Origin: Octopus bimaculoides
Lineage: Eukaryota
Reading direction: 5' to 3'
Length of the DNA stretch: 64,000 nt
Assembly: GCF_001194135.2 (NCBI RefSeq)
Contig: NC_068981.1
Coordinates: 156,615,590 to 156,679,589 of the forward strand
Shown: positions 24,289-37,367 of the stretch, piece after piece
Position numbering within the stretch: the stretch's first letter is position 1
Layout of the letters: each line of letters begins with the position of its first letter
Position numbers and translations under genes: made by a program
Notes under the pieces: generated by a model
Database searches by the model: none
What the model saw: only the letters and a program-made list of their open reading frames with translations
What the model was told of the DNA's origin: nothing

Positions 24289-25169
24289 GTTAAATTTGGG
24301 AAGATATCGTAACGCTTGCAAATAATGTAGGGCTTGAAGAAGTCATAGCGAATAATGAGGTTGAGCTGCTAGTTTCCACTTAAATTCACTGTAAAGAATA
24401 CTGTTAAGAGGTTGGCACTTTAAAGGAATGTCTGCAGGTTTTTGATTATAAAGATCCTTATCGTGAACGTAATAAAGATTACAAGAGGAGTTTACAATGA
24501 GCTCAGTTCCTAGACTGAGTATACAAAGAGATGATGCGCTGTAAACATAAAATAACTTAAATTCTTCACAACTCAAACAGATGTTGATGATGAGGAATTA
24601 AAAGATAGAAGAACGTGTCCCGCATCCTCTCGCCATTAGCTCTCATTTCACCAAAATCCTCACAGAATAAGTCAATATTTTTTGCGTGAAGAATGTACTC
24701 CATTACGATATTACGATTCTTATGCATTCCTTCAGCTAGTTCTCTTCAAATGTTTTAATGCAAATATATTGTACTATGTACGTTAAGAAATTATTATTTT
24801 TGTGACTAAAAGTTGGTCGTGCTGTTTGTTTGCTATTGTTGTGGTGTTGGTTTGTTTTTCGGAAAAAAAAATCCTTCGCAATGCATGTCACTTTATCATA
24901 TAAAAGTAGATAGGAAAATTAATTTCGGGTTATGGAATTTCACATAAAACAAAACTATCATGAACCCACAACTTACGAAACACGAGGTGTTCGCGCATGC
25001 GCGCTTGTAACCTGGCAGAACGTTTTAATTATAGTTTATATAGAATGCTCTAGTTCAACAGCAAGAGTAAACGGTACCACTGCGTGGTACTGCGTTTGTA
25101 GTTAGAATAGCGTGGTATCACTTCAACTATGTAACCAGGTATAGTACTACTAAGTGGTGAATCTGCCAG

Positions 25170-25432
25170 TGTTGATATAGAATCCAGAGAGCTGAAAAAG
25201 ATGATTGCTGAAGGGTGCTAGATACCACAGAGCAAGTATACAATATTGATAAATTTGCATTTTCCTGGAAGCCCATGCCTGCTAGAATATTTAGGGGGGG
25301 GGGGAATCAACACCAGGATTCCAAAATTTATCTGACGCTTCTTCAGGGAGGAAATGTGATGGTGATATAAATTCAAAGCCTCTACTAGTGTATAACTCTG
25401 AAAATCAAAAGGTTTTCAAAGGTTACGCTAAG
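25170..25432 (+). mobile_element. Second Tigger fragment (no MITE at the homologous site)
   Basis: Closely similar to 22925-23400, but reads straight through CACCAGGATTCCAAAA. Confidence 0.85.
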
Positions 25433-25903
25433 TACCACCAGTTCTTATTGACATTGCTGAACTCCACCATCCTGTGGTGCAATGAATACTTACACTGTTG
25501 AACAATAACATCCTGTGCCACTTTGAAACTACACAGTCGGACTACACTAGCTTGCGGTGACGTGAATACTTCTGAATAGTACCATTCAATGGTACTGTAC
25601 CTATTACCATTGTTGAAATATGTGATACTGAAAGTATGTACACTGTTGAACTGTAGTCCCGTATGGCAACGTGACGACTAACTAGCATGGCTTGGTAACA
25701 TGTACAATGCTTTCGCTAATTGTTTTAGGTGGATATGTATCCGCAAGCAAACGTAGACACCCTCTTGTGGTCTGCCATCCAAGATGTTGTAGTAGGAAAA
25801 AAGGAGAGAGAGGGATGGGAAAGATTGGATATATATAGAGAGAGAAGGAGAGAAAAGGAAAACGAGAAGGAGGGAGAGAGAAGGTGAGAGAAAGGAGGAA
25901 AGG

Positions 25904-25971
<68 letters not shown>

Positions 25972-25984
25972 AGGATGGAGAGAG

Positions 25985-26170
25985 GAGAAAGACAGCTCTG
26001 GGCTGTCACAAATTTTTAGCTGTGTAGACTGGAGCATTGGCAAATGAAGTGCCTTGCTTAAAGACACAACGTACCCCCGGGTTTAGGAATTGATCCTGCG
26101 GCGTAATTATCTTAGTCGTGACAATAACAATTGCTCCACAACACCCAAACCACTAGGCTACGCGCCTTCG
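25985..26170 (-). mobile_element. tRNA-derived SINE family D (decayed)
   Basis: Reverse complement GAAGGCGCGTAGCCTAGTGG...TTGTGTCTTTAAGCAAGGCACTTCATT; similar to 37785-37986. Confidence 0.65.
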
Positions 26171-26462
26171 TAAACACACATTCAAACACACACCCACACC
26201 CAATATATTTACGTCTATACATGTACATATATATGTCTGGGTGTGTTTGCGCAGGTGTGTGCGTGTGTTTGTTTGTGTGTGTGTGTGTGTGTGTGCGTGT
26301 GTGCGTGTGTGCATGTGTTTGAGGTGAGATGAAGTGGCTGTTGGTTGTAAATGTGGCATTTGTCATAATGTAAAGGGTGCACAGGGCTAATATTAGGCAA
26401 AACTAGAAGAAACAAGAGTGACAGATCAGGAAAGAAAGAAAGAAAGAAAGAAAGAAAGAAGT

Positions 26463-26493
<31 letters not shown>

Positions 26494-27703
26494 GGGAGAG
26501 AGAGGNNNNNNNNNNNNNNNNNNNNNNNNNNNNNNNNNNNNNNNNNNNNNNNNNNNNNNNNNNNNNNNNNNNNNNNNNNNNNNNNNNNNNNNNNNNNNNN
26601 NNNNNNNNNNNNNNNNNNNNNNNNNNNNNNNNNNNNNNNNNNNNNNNNNNNNNNNNNNNNNNNNNNNNNNNNNNNNNNNNNNNNNNNNNNNNNNNNNNNN
26701 NNNNNNNNNNNNNNNNNNNNNNNNNNNNNNNNNNNNNNNNNNNNTAGGGGGAGGGGAGAGAGAGGGAGAGAGGGGGGGAAGAGAGAGGGATTAATAGGAA
26801 ATATATGTAATAGAAAGGATGAAGAACGGTTATAGAAATGAAATAAGCTATAAATTGTCAACAAAGGGTGAAGAAAGACATGCGGAGGATTTAAACAAGA
26901 TAACAAAAACAACAAAAACAAAAATAAAAGAGTATTTCGTAAAGTAAAAATAAATAAGATTTGTGGAGCGATTAAGCGTTATCGATATGGTTGGGAAGTA
27001 TAAAACTACTTCGTTTTTGTTGGCGAGACTGAATATTAAATGACAACTCTTGAGGATATATTTTGACGTGATAATATCTGTTAAGACTTAAAATAGATAA
27101 CACCATTGATCTGACTTTGAAACCGGCAAGGCATAAATATAGTTAATGCGTATTTTAAATTTGGGCTTAGGAGATTTTTCACTGAGATTAAAGGACGTTT
27201 TTGATATGGGATCTGAGTTCCCATCCCTCTCTCTCTGCATGTGTGTGTGCGTGTGTGTGTGTATGTGTGTGTGTGTGTGTGTGTTTGTATGAGTGTATGT
27301 GTGGGTGTATTTTAATGTATATACATTGATATTCTAGTTTTGTCCTTTACTCAAGGTTTCTTCATATTTTAGTATGAGCAGTATGTTTTTATTTATTTTT
27401 GTTTCAGGTTTTTTTTTTTTGGTGGGGAAAAAAAGAGTAGAGTTCCTAAACCTCCATCAGTGTTTTTTTTAACCCCCATTGTCTCATATTCAGGGTGAAT
27501 TGATGTTGAAATGTATTACATTGGCAGGGCCAATGTTTATAGATGTTACTGCCGAAATTTAAAATTTGTCTGTGTGTTTATTTTACTGTCGTGTACCATG
27601 AGCATTGCTTCTACCATTAATAAACTGTTGTCATGAGGAATTCTGTAGAGTATAAATGTACTGTCCACTAATGTTTTGCTGTCTAGTTTTGTTTTGTGTA
27701 GTT

Positions 27704-27969
27704 TTGGGTTGGTGCATAATTATTGCGGCTTTTTTTTTTTTTTCAACAATTTTTTATTCAACAAAAACAATAACATGTAACAAAAAAAAAAAAACATCTT
27801 TAAATGATTATTCCGGAGTATATTCACCATCTGCTTCAATTACTGCTTCCCATTTGCTTGGCACACGGTCAGACAGTCATTTTAAGATATTTTTTTGTTA
27901 AATATTGTTATTGCTTTTGTTGAATAAAATTTGTTGAAAAAAAGCCGCAATAATTATGCACCAACCCAA
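27704..27969. mobile_element. Hsmar1/MADE1-like mariner MITE with ~100-bp inverted arms
   Basis: Termini TTGGGTTGGTGCATAATTATTGCGGC and its reverse complement; TA on the right. The spacer encodes (minus) LSDRVPSKWEAVIEADGEYTPE*. Confidence 0.9.
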
Positions 27970-28052
27970 TACGTTGCAACTGCTCCCTGTTGGACGTGCT
28001 TAATGAACCGGCAGAGATATCGTACTTTCGTTATTTATGGCGCTAACTGTAA

Positions 28053-28267
28053 TATTGATTTCAAATTTTGATTTAAGGCCATCAATTTCGGGGGAGGGGT
28101 AAGTTGATTAAACTGACACCAGTGTTCAACTGGTGCTTATTTCATCAACCCCAGAAAGTCGATAAGCAAAATCAACCTCAGCAGAATTTGAGCTCAACGT
28201 GAAGAGGGAAGGAATACTGCTAAGTATTTTGCTCGGTGTGCTGAAGATTCTGCCAGCTCACTGCCTT
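28053..28267 (-). mobile_element. SINE family B
   Basis: Similarity to the other family B copies. Confidence 0.8.
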
Positions 28268-28355
28268 GGCTCTAACGGTAGTATTAGCCATATATCCAGC
28301 TCAATAGGTTTACATCTTTACTGAGAACTTATTTGTTAAGGTCAATATGATATCC

Positions 28356-28528
28356 AAGGTGGCGAGCAGGCAGAATGGTGAGTACGCCGGCTAAAATGCT
28401 TAGTGGCATTTCATCCGTCTTTACGTTCTGGGTTCAAATTCTGCTGGGGTCTACTTTGCACCAGTTGAGCGCTAGAGTAGACTTAACCCCTTCCCTCGAA
28501 ATACAGGCCTTGTGCCAAAATTTGAAAC
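28356..28528 (+). mobile_element. SINE family B with 13-bp target-site duplication
   Basis: Family B head and tail, flanked by CAATATGATATCC at 28343-28355 and 28529-28541. Confidence 0.85.
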
Positions 28529-29129
28529 CAATATGATATCCCTACTTGAATATTTTTCTTTTGTAGCAGTAACCGCTAATAAACTCTCTTCCTGCAATTC
28601 TTTCGTTGGTTTTCTACAGTGTTCTTCAATCAGAATCTCAAAGATATTACCATAGATACTGTGTAACTTTGGGGCAATGAAATTACAATACTTCCTTCGG
28701 ATTTATTCTAGCCACACTGCTTTATACTGTATCATCCTCAGAAGGAAGCACTGTGATTATTATTGGTTGTCCCACCATTTCTCTACACTGCTGATCCATT
28801 TCAACTGAAGTTCTTGATAATAGTTTTTCTATCAGCTACACTTTCTCTTTTCTGGTGTTGGAGTTTCTCACTGCCTCTTTTAGTTTCTGTTTGGCGTTCA
28901 ATTTATATCCAAGTTATTTGTCTTATTTCTTTCCATACAACCCAACATAAAGGTTTTGTTTTCATAATTTTATAACAATTACATCAGTCATTATTGAGTT
29001 TTTATAACCCCCATGAAAAATGAACCTTATATGATTTCAGTTTCTACTATAACTACAGTTTATATGATTTACCTTTTCAATGCTTGAATGTTTTCTTCTT
29101 TAATTAAATCGAGATAAATCAACCTAGAT

Positions 29130-31239
29130 ATGCTGTCAACAAAGGACACAATAAAGGGGACGAAATAGATAAATTTAGGCCCTTAGCTCTGCTAAACGCA
29201 GTTTACAAGATCTTAGCGAAGGTGTTAACCAACAGATTGGCGCTTTTCGATAAACTGATCGGTGACACGCAGACATACGCTATTCTAAACATCTATTCAC
29301 GACAGCCTCTGCCTCACGCGTCATATCATAGAGATGGTTGGTAAGGAATCTGGCATGGCTGGGGCCCTGATCAATTTGGATTAATCAAAGATTTTTGATA
29401 GGGTCGACTACCAATACTTAGAGGCTGTCCTCGCGTTAGCCGGTTTCGGTCCCGCTTTTAGAGGCTGGATCGCTGCAGTGTACAGTGGTCAAAGAGAATG
29501 GTCACTTATTGGAATCGTTTAACATCCCACGTTCAGTCCATCGAGGATGCCCACTTCTACCCCTTCTGTACGTGCTGGCTCTCGAGTCATTGCTACGGAA
29601 TCTGGATGTTTCGAGGGGCATCCGGTGTGAACTAGGATGTGGAAGTTTTGTGTCGGCTTATACAGCCGGTGTCACTGTAATAGTGTTGGACATCTCGGAA
29701 ATCGAGTTGATCGGCACTATCCTAAGAGAATATCATGCGGGGAGAGAAGCAAAGATTAACCAGGAGAAGTCGGGCCTGCAGCTCACCACCTGAAGCGTTT
29801 TGGGACGCTGAAGGAAGGACCAGTTAAATTGACCGGGTTCCGGTTTGGTCTTGTTCAGGTAGACAAGAAATGGGGGAATGTGACGAGCAGACTGGCCAGT
29901 CTCATCAACAAATGGGCAGAAAGGAAGCTCTCCCTGAAGGGTCGCTCGGAGGTGGTGAATGCGTACGTCACTTCCGTCACTTCTTACCGCCTGACCGTCA
30001 TTCCTTACCTTGCTTCGTTACTGATCAAGCTGGAGCGCTTTCTCTTCCGTTTTCTATGGAAGGTACGTGTTTCGCTCGTCAGACATTCTGCTGTCAGCAA
30101 CCGCTGAGTAGGGGACTAACCATGCCGTTACTAATGATGCGCAGTAGCTGCGACATCTCCAGCGTTTCCTAAACGGTGAACAGGTGTAGTTGCAGTTTGC
30201 TGGACAGGGTTTTTCGCTGCTCATCTTATTAATTGGGCTACAGTCCTGACTTAAGTGTAGATCGAGAAAGGGCGCTTGGCACTAGGAGTGCCGGCAAGCG
30301 CTCACAACCTTAAGCCAGTCGGGTAATGCGGTCGGTGGAAATTCCACATTGAAGTTCTATATGGGATTAATGGCGGGCAAGAGCAATGACATCCTCGAGG
30401 AATCACTGCGCATCGGAAGAGATCATTTGGTTAGTCTTTTCCAGAGGAATTTCAGGCTGGGACCTATGGATAATTTCTAGAAATCCCTGACCTAGCAGTG
30501 CTACCGGGGATGGGTGGGGGCTCTGCCGGTTCGAGACAATTCTACAGATACGGAAGTGCTGTCGGACAGACATGTCCGAGATGTGAGCAGGGCGATGAAA
30601 CCATTCTGCATGTGTTCATCCAGTGTCCGGGCATTTCTGAGTTGTGGAACTTTGTCGGACAACTGTTGTTGTATGTAGGACGGATCCAGCTATCGACCGA
30701 GTCCATCGTGAGATTGCCCCGCCCCCCTCTTTCGGTCGGGAAGGGCACATAGTTTTCCTCTGTTTGGTAACTATGGAGAAAGAGGCAGTGTGTTGGGCGA
30801 GGTTGAAAGGAATGAAGACAGACGTCTTCCTCTTCGGTCAAGGCCACATCGACTTTTTCAAGTTTCACTTGAAATGGAAGGTGCAGTTGGAGAGGGAAAT
30901 ACTGCTCCTTGGCAGTTTTGTTGAAAGGTGGGTAAGTGTGGCGAGAATGGCTCGTGTGAATGGGCCTACTCTTAGCATGCGCCTGTAGCCCGGAGGCAAT
31001 GGAGAAAAGAGGGGAGGGCACTCGAAGTGCCGTTGGAGTTCCGAGTGTCCAGGATGAGTGGGGTTCCTTGGTTGCCCTTGGGTGGGGTTTCCCCCCTTTT
31101 GGGGAATTTTATATTTACGAATTCTTATTGTTGTTATTGTTTTTTACTCTTTACATGCACTATAAGTAAATCTCCACTGCCTTCTATTTTGAATCGTTCT
31201 TTGTTTTTATGTGCGTCCTTTACGGCCAATAAAGAAAGG

Positions 31240-31240
<1 letters not shown>
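29130..31240 (+). mobile_element. 5'-truncated Tx1-clade LINE (RT to 3' UTR)
   Basis: FRPLALLNAVYKILAKVL, SVHRGCPLLPLLYVLALE, RKLSLKGRSEVVNAY, zinc motif CPRC..ETILHVFIQC, stop at 30988, T-rich UTR ending AATAAAGAAAG. Confidence 0.92.

Positions 31241-31307
<67 letters not shown>
31240..31307. repeat. (ATT)n microsatellite between two tail-to-tail LINEs
   Basis: Directly visible; reads (AAT)n on the strand of the R4/Dong-like element. Confidence 0.95.
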
Positions 31308-31308
<1 letters not shown>

Positions 31309-31309
31309 T

Positions 31310-34300
31310 CTCTTTATCACAGGTTTTGTTGGTGCTCCTGGAGCTACATTCAGCCTACGGTACCACGCTATCCGTTATTTTCAGCTATCTAATACCTTCC
31401 TGATTATTCTGGCTGTGCCAAGGAAGCCAACCTTTTGTAGCAGTCCTACTGGGCACTCTATTCCACTTTACTGTATATTCCTCTTGATACCTTCTGATAC
31501 TGTTCCCAAGGACCCAACAATAATTGGCACTATCTTCACCTTCTTCATTTTCCGTAGCCAGGGTATTTCGTACTTAAGAGGGTTGTATTTATCTATCTTT
31601 TCGCTTTCTTTCTTGACTATTCGTCGGTCAAAAGGGCACGCAACATCAACTATATAGCATATGTGGTGCACCTTGTCCACAACCACTAGGTCTGGTTTGT
31701 TATGCTCTAGCACCTGATCTGTTTCGATTGGGAAGTCTCAGAGGATTTTGCTAGTGTCCGACTCCGCCACTCTCTGCGCTTTGTGCTCATACCACGTCTT
31801 GCCTCTCTCTTGCCCCCACTTTTCACACAGTTTCCAGTGTAGCCCTTTCGTTACCTGATCGTGTCGCCACAACTTGTAGTGGTTTTGGACAAGTCTAGGG
31901 CATTCGTTCGTGATATGGGCAATGGTTTCACCCACTCTATTGCAGATGCGACACAGCGGAAACACTTGCTCATTCCTAAGGTTGACCCTCCAGTTCATGG
32001 CCAAAGCATGGTCTTGTGCTGCCAGTATAATGCTCTCGGTCCCTTCATCAGCTAATCCCACCTATTTTTTCCAGCAACTTCTGTTGTGGCTACATGGAAT
32101 TGATTGTGTAGTCCCTTGTTGCGTAATTCTTCTTTATGTCCTCTATGTACTTCTTCCTTTGTTTTCCATTTTCTTTCTGCTTTCAATACTCCCTCGTTCC
32201 TAATTGTCAGTAGCAAGGTTTCCTTACTTAGGGCTAGGTATCTCATTAAGCTCTCGAGTTCAACACACACGCAATTTTCCACATCAGTCTCCTTCCTCCA
32301 TTTGCTTTCTTCAGTGTCTGCGCGTGGATGATGGCTTTCATGCATTGTTAGGAGCTTTCTTGACTTCCTGTCCATCTCCTTTAGCTTCTCCTCTGTCCAC
32401 TTAAGGATTCCAGCGACATACCGAACTACTACGACTGCACGCGAAGTTATTGCCGAAATTGTTTCTGGCATTCAGCTTTGAAGCTAACATTTTTGTCTCT
32501 CGCTGCATTACTCTCTTTTTGTCTTTTCCTTCATGTCGTTGTGTTTGATTCCATCTGCCTCAAGTATTCCCAGGTATTTATAGCTGGATTGAAGTTGAAT
32601 TGCCTTCATCATTTCACCAATTGGCAACCATATGCTTTCTGTCCTGATGGCTTTCCTCGTCTCATCACCATTGTAGCACATTTTGAGAGTCCAAACTCCA
32701 TCTTAATATCATTGGAGAAAATCCGTACCGACTGGGCTAGGCTGTCTAGTTCTGCCTCAGTTTTTGTGAATAGCTTTAGGTCGTCCATGAATAGCAAGTG
32801 GTTCCATTTTCTCTTACCTTTTCCCAGATCATACTCCAACTTTGTTTTCTGTAGTATTCTACTCAAGGGGATAATTTCCAGCACAAATATCAATGGAGAC
32901 ACACTGTTCCCCTCGAAGATTACTCTCTTGATTTTCACCTCTCCTAGTACTTGCTTCCCTGCTGTCAATTCCGTTCTCCAGCATTTCATGCTATTCCATA
33001 TAATGCTTCACATATTCTCTGCTACTCCATACATTTCCATTGTTCTTATTATCCATGAGTGTGGTATCATATCGTGTACTTTGCGATGGTCAGCCCATGC
33101 CATGCTCAGGTTGGTATGTCTTCTCTTGCAGTTCCTGATAATTAGGTTGTCAATTAAGAGCTGATCCTTCATTCCCCGGCTCCTTTTCCGACACCCTTTC
33201 TGTTCAATGGGTAGGAAACTACTTTTTTTCAAGTATCTGTACACTTCACCGGCCAAAGCACCTGACATTAGTTCCACCATTAGCGGAAGGCATTTTATTG
33301 GTCTAAAGTTGGATGTAACATTTCCCTTTTTGGGATCCTTGGCACGTAACAATGTCTTTCCCTTTGTCATCCAGCTGGGTACTGCAGCTTCCTGCAAGCA
33401 CTCATCTAGCTGTTGTGCTATCCTTTCATGGAGTCCTGTCAGCTTCTTCATCCAAAAACCTTGGACCTCATCCGGTCCTGGGCTCTTCCAATTTGGGAAT
33501 TTTCTTAATTGATTTTTTATCATTTCTGTAATTATCTTTATGTCTTCTTGGCCGTCTATATTTCTTAACCTATCTTGGATTTCATGCAACCACTCCATTT
33601 ATTCAGTATGTTCTACAGGTTGGTTCAAGATCTCTCTTCTCTGCGTCTGGTATCATTGTTACGTGTATTTGCCCATCTAGTTCCTGAAACAGTCTCTTCT
33701 GATTTGCTGCAAACAATCTGTTTTGCCTGAACTGTCTTTTTCTATTGTCATATCCTTCCAGTTTTGCTTTGGTTGCCACTACTCTTTGTTTCAATTCTTC
33801 CAAAATTACATCATAACCTTTATCTCTTATTCTATATGTTCTTTCCAGCATTATTCTTATGCTTTCATTCTACAGTTCCCCTATTCTCAATCTAATAACT
33901 TGTCCTAAATGTCATTTTAACTTACTTTGTTTCTCACACATTCGTCTACGCCAGTATGGTTCTTTACGTTCTGTTTGTTCTTTTCTATTATATCCAACTC
34001 TATCTGCAGCAACCATAGCTGAAGCTAAAATAATCTTGTTAGTTTCAGTTATATTTCTCGTCTGGAATAGCCCAAGAACCGAATCTATCTTTTCGGTTTC
34101 AACTTTGAGCATGCGTCGATCAATGTACCTCAGGTTGTAGGGTGCTTGATTCTGGTCTTCTCCAATATATTGGCGCAGCATCCTGACTATATTCTTCCTA
34201 TTGCTTCTGTTTTATTTGCTGAGAATGCATTTACATTCACACTTTGCTCTACTTCTTTACTGCTGCCTTTCATTTTTCTGTTCTCACTGGGTACGTTGTC

Positions 34301-34690
34301 TGTTGGTGAAGTATTATTTCTATCTTCTACTTTCCTTTTTATCTCTTCTATTTCCATGTCTGTTAACTACCCTTTTGCTCTTATTGTTCTTGCCTGGTCA
34401 GCTAACCGTTGCTCACTTGTTTCGAAGAGCCCTATCTCATTCCATTCTGCTTTCATTTGTTGTCGGAATCCCATTTTTGCGGGGTTCACTCCTGATCCAG
34501 CATTCAATTACTGTTTAGTTTGCCTCCTTATCCCATCTTCTTTTCTGCCTCTGGCTTTGACTACAAGCAGTCTCTGGATGACGACCGGGCCTGCGCTGCT
34601 CAACCATAGGGTACCTGCCGGGCGGAAGGCTTTCACCTTTGGTTCCAACCTCATTAACACCATTATTTGATATATTTGTATTAGACATTT
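31310..34690 (-). mobile_element. Near full-length, inactivated R4/Dong-like RLE retrotransposon (~3.4 kb)
   Basis: N-terminus RPGRHPETA..RRWDKE..SEQRLADQAR. RT: NWKSPGPDEVQGFW, NFRPIKCL, EQKGC, VHDMIPHSW, IFEGNSVSPLIF, HLLFMDDLKLF. Then CRIC..IAHITNEC, RHDQV, NKPDLVVVD, IVPIIVGSLG. Multiple stops and frameshifts. Confidence 0.95.
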
Positions 34691-35009
34691 TCACTCAACA
34701 TTGAGGTATGTATTTTAAAGTTAGCCACCAACCGAGAGTATCTTTTAGAGCAGAAAATATAATTGTGGAACAGAAAATGCAATTCACATTCGACATTTAT
34801 CATCTATATTGTAGAAGTTGTGGATAGTTCTTTCAATATATCTTGTGTATCGTGAATGTTTTTACTTCCGTTGTTCCATTCACACCAGATTTGTTTATAT
34901 AGACTAGAGTTATTCTTTTTATTCATATATGCCGCACTCAGCCCGCAGAAATACTGGCCGTAAAATACTGGTGTTTATGGTTATTTATCGCATGAGCCAT
35001 CAATGTGTC

Positions 35010-35250
35010 AGATTTTGTTGATGATATAGACTTAGACTTTAACTGTCAGAAGTCAAATTCTATACTCATGCGAGAATTTTGCTGCTGCAGATATAATGGA
35101 TATACTGTCTTTCTTTACGGTGATAATCAACATGGGCATAAAGATAGAAAGATAGTGGTCAACATTAACAACTGCTTTTTTAAATTGCTCTCTGAGGCTA
35201 AGCGATCCTCTACCATCTTGTTTAGGGATATATATTCATCGAGCATCGGA
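35010..35250 (-). mobile_element. Decayed RLE-LINE fragment
   Basis: Minus frame IYIPKQDGRGSLSL resembles the LYxPRKEGGRGL motif after the RT domain. Confidence 0.5.
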
Positions 35251-35774
35251 CTTACCGAGTAGTATGCGGTGTTTTTGGTAGCTTTCTCATATCGCAGACG
35301 ATGAAGGCGAAGTCATCTAGCGGTATTCCAGCACCACACGTTATATTTTGGCATTAATTACCCACAATCCATCTACCACTACTGTTACGACGAACGTCAC
35401 CATCATTAGAGCAAACGTTACCATTACTACTACCGCTGCAACCTGCTTCACCAAACCTATACTTTAAGTGTATGCTTACACTTACTTGCCAAAGAATCAA
35501 AGGCTTGCGTCCTGTCACTTAGAATGACACTAAATCTAGCTTTGTTATGACTTAATTGCTGCAGCCTTTGTTGACGGTCTCACACTTAATCCCTGTTAAT
35601 TCAAATATCAGTTTTCTGTTAAGATTGTTATTTATCTCGCTGTTTAAATTTACACAAGTTTACTTACATACACATAATTATACTATTTGTTTTGTATTTC
35701 TTAAGTCTGGTCAGTTCCATTCGTCTTTATTTTAAACAAAGAGTACACACACTTACACACTCGAACACACACAC

Positions 35775-35805
<31 letters not shown>

Positions 35806-36275
35806 TGTATGTATGTATGTATGCATGTATGTATGTATGTATGTATGTATGTATGTATGTATGTATGTATGTACGTATGTATGTATGTATGTATGTATGG
35901 CAAGTAAATGTAATAATTATTTGTGAATTTAAACCTACTGGCAGCACCAGAACTGACACTAAGTATACTTCTTAATTAGTTCTGAAGAGTAACAAACGTG
36001 GATAGAGGCATGTTTTCATTTTATTTAATCTAGATTTTATTTAGCCGCACACTAATAATTTATCATATGGACCAAAATGTTACATTTCGCCCCTATATTG
36101 ACTAATTCTAATTAAAATTTGTCATTATTTGAAATCTTTAAACAAGATAAAAATTTAGATGAAATATTTGTTTGTTTGAAAAGATTAACTGCAGAACAAA
36201 TTTTTATTTTATATCGTACATGTTGAACAAATGTAGCATTTGCAACAGGTTTTCAAATGGCCAGTTACTGGTTAC

Positions 36276-36318
36276 CTGCATTTCTAACAAAGAGACAAGC
36301 AAAGGTGAGTTTTATAAT
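36276..36318 (-). CDS. Candidate short coding exon of an unidentified gene (speculative)
   Basis: Acceptor TTTCGTTTTGCACCAG, donor CAG|GTAACC, open frame IIKLTFACLFVRNA. Overlaps a competing plus-strand candidate. Confidence 0.12.
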
Positions 36319-36469
36319 CTGGTGCAAAACGAAATATAGGAAAGGATTTCATTCGAAGACGGTTTTCAACACTATATTAACATCGTTCGCTAGCATACTT
36401 CAGAGAAAGATATTCTAAAACTCACATACACTTTCCAGTACATATATGTATATATACACACATATCTGT

Positions 36470-36528
<59 letters not shown>

Positions 36529-37367
36529 TCAGAATACGACCAAAAGTCGAACACAGATACGCATGTCACATACCTATGTTTATATGTTTATATATGATTT
36601 AATTTGATCTAGTTTCAGCTCATGAGCTGTGGCCATGCTGGGGCACCGCAATTTGGTATATATGAGGGATTTAGTTCATTTGTGATCTAAACGAATAGGT
36701 ACGCTAGGTAAGTGCTATAGTTGGTCGACCGTTAGGTTCCAAGATGACAGCTACAGCTGGATCTAGGGATCCGTTTAAGGGTTCCGTTATAGCAGGTATA
36801 TATTATATTAGAGGAAAAATCCAAAACCAAGGCAGAACGAGTTTCTCAAGCCATTTAGAATAATTTAATTCGGGTAAGGTGAATTTGAAGTCTTACAGTC
36901 GTTTCTGGGATAACCTAAATAGTTGGTTAGCATGTCCGTGACAAGGTATGAATATTTTAGACGGGGAAAATTTACAGTTTAGAAGGAATAAAATAGAAGT
37001 ATAAAGGAGTAAAATAGAAGAATAAAGAATAAAAGTAGTTAGCAGAATATAGGCAGGAGACTAATGTTCACAACAGAAGATATGGATGTTGGTTGAATTA
37101 GGTTCTTAAATTGAGGCACCTTGCTAGTTCAGTATAATCTGCACCCCCACCAACAATATTATTTGACTATTGAATATCAAAACTCCGTGAAGGGGTATTT
37201 GTACCCAATATTCCTGTCGCGTGTGCAGACAACGCAACCCAGCTAAGTGAAGATATCTGCTCTTGGTAATTCAGACATGTACTTTTTATAAAGGTACTTT
37301 CTATTGTACTTTAGAAGTGCAGATTCCAAGTTAGGTGAGCAGAATATAAATATGTTACAAAAATGCA

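Larger units (their letters stand above)
22560..24560 (+). mobile_element. Decayed Tigger/pogo transposon interrupted by a MITE and a SINE
   Basis: IEDQTSLNMP, SWFERF, IPEQV*NIDK..WK, LTLLQGGNVAGD..KPLL, TSLLQPMNQSV..YLRRIF; after the SINE, QVFDYKDPYRER. Confidence 0.85.

Noticed and set aside
35256-35580. Two strong minus-strand GTAAGT donors (35255 and 35485)
   Set aside because: Acceptors are weak and several readings are possible, none giving a recognisable peptide.
36655-37010. Possible retroelement or GIY-YIG fragment on the minus strand next to a SINE-A tail
   Set aside because: Translation too decayed to support any family call.
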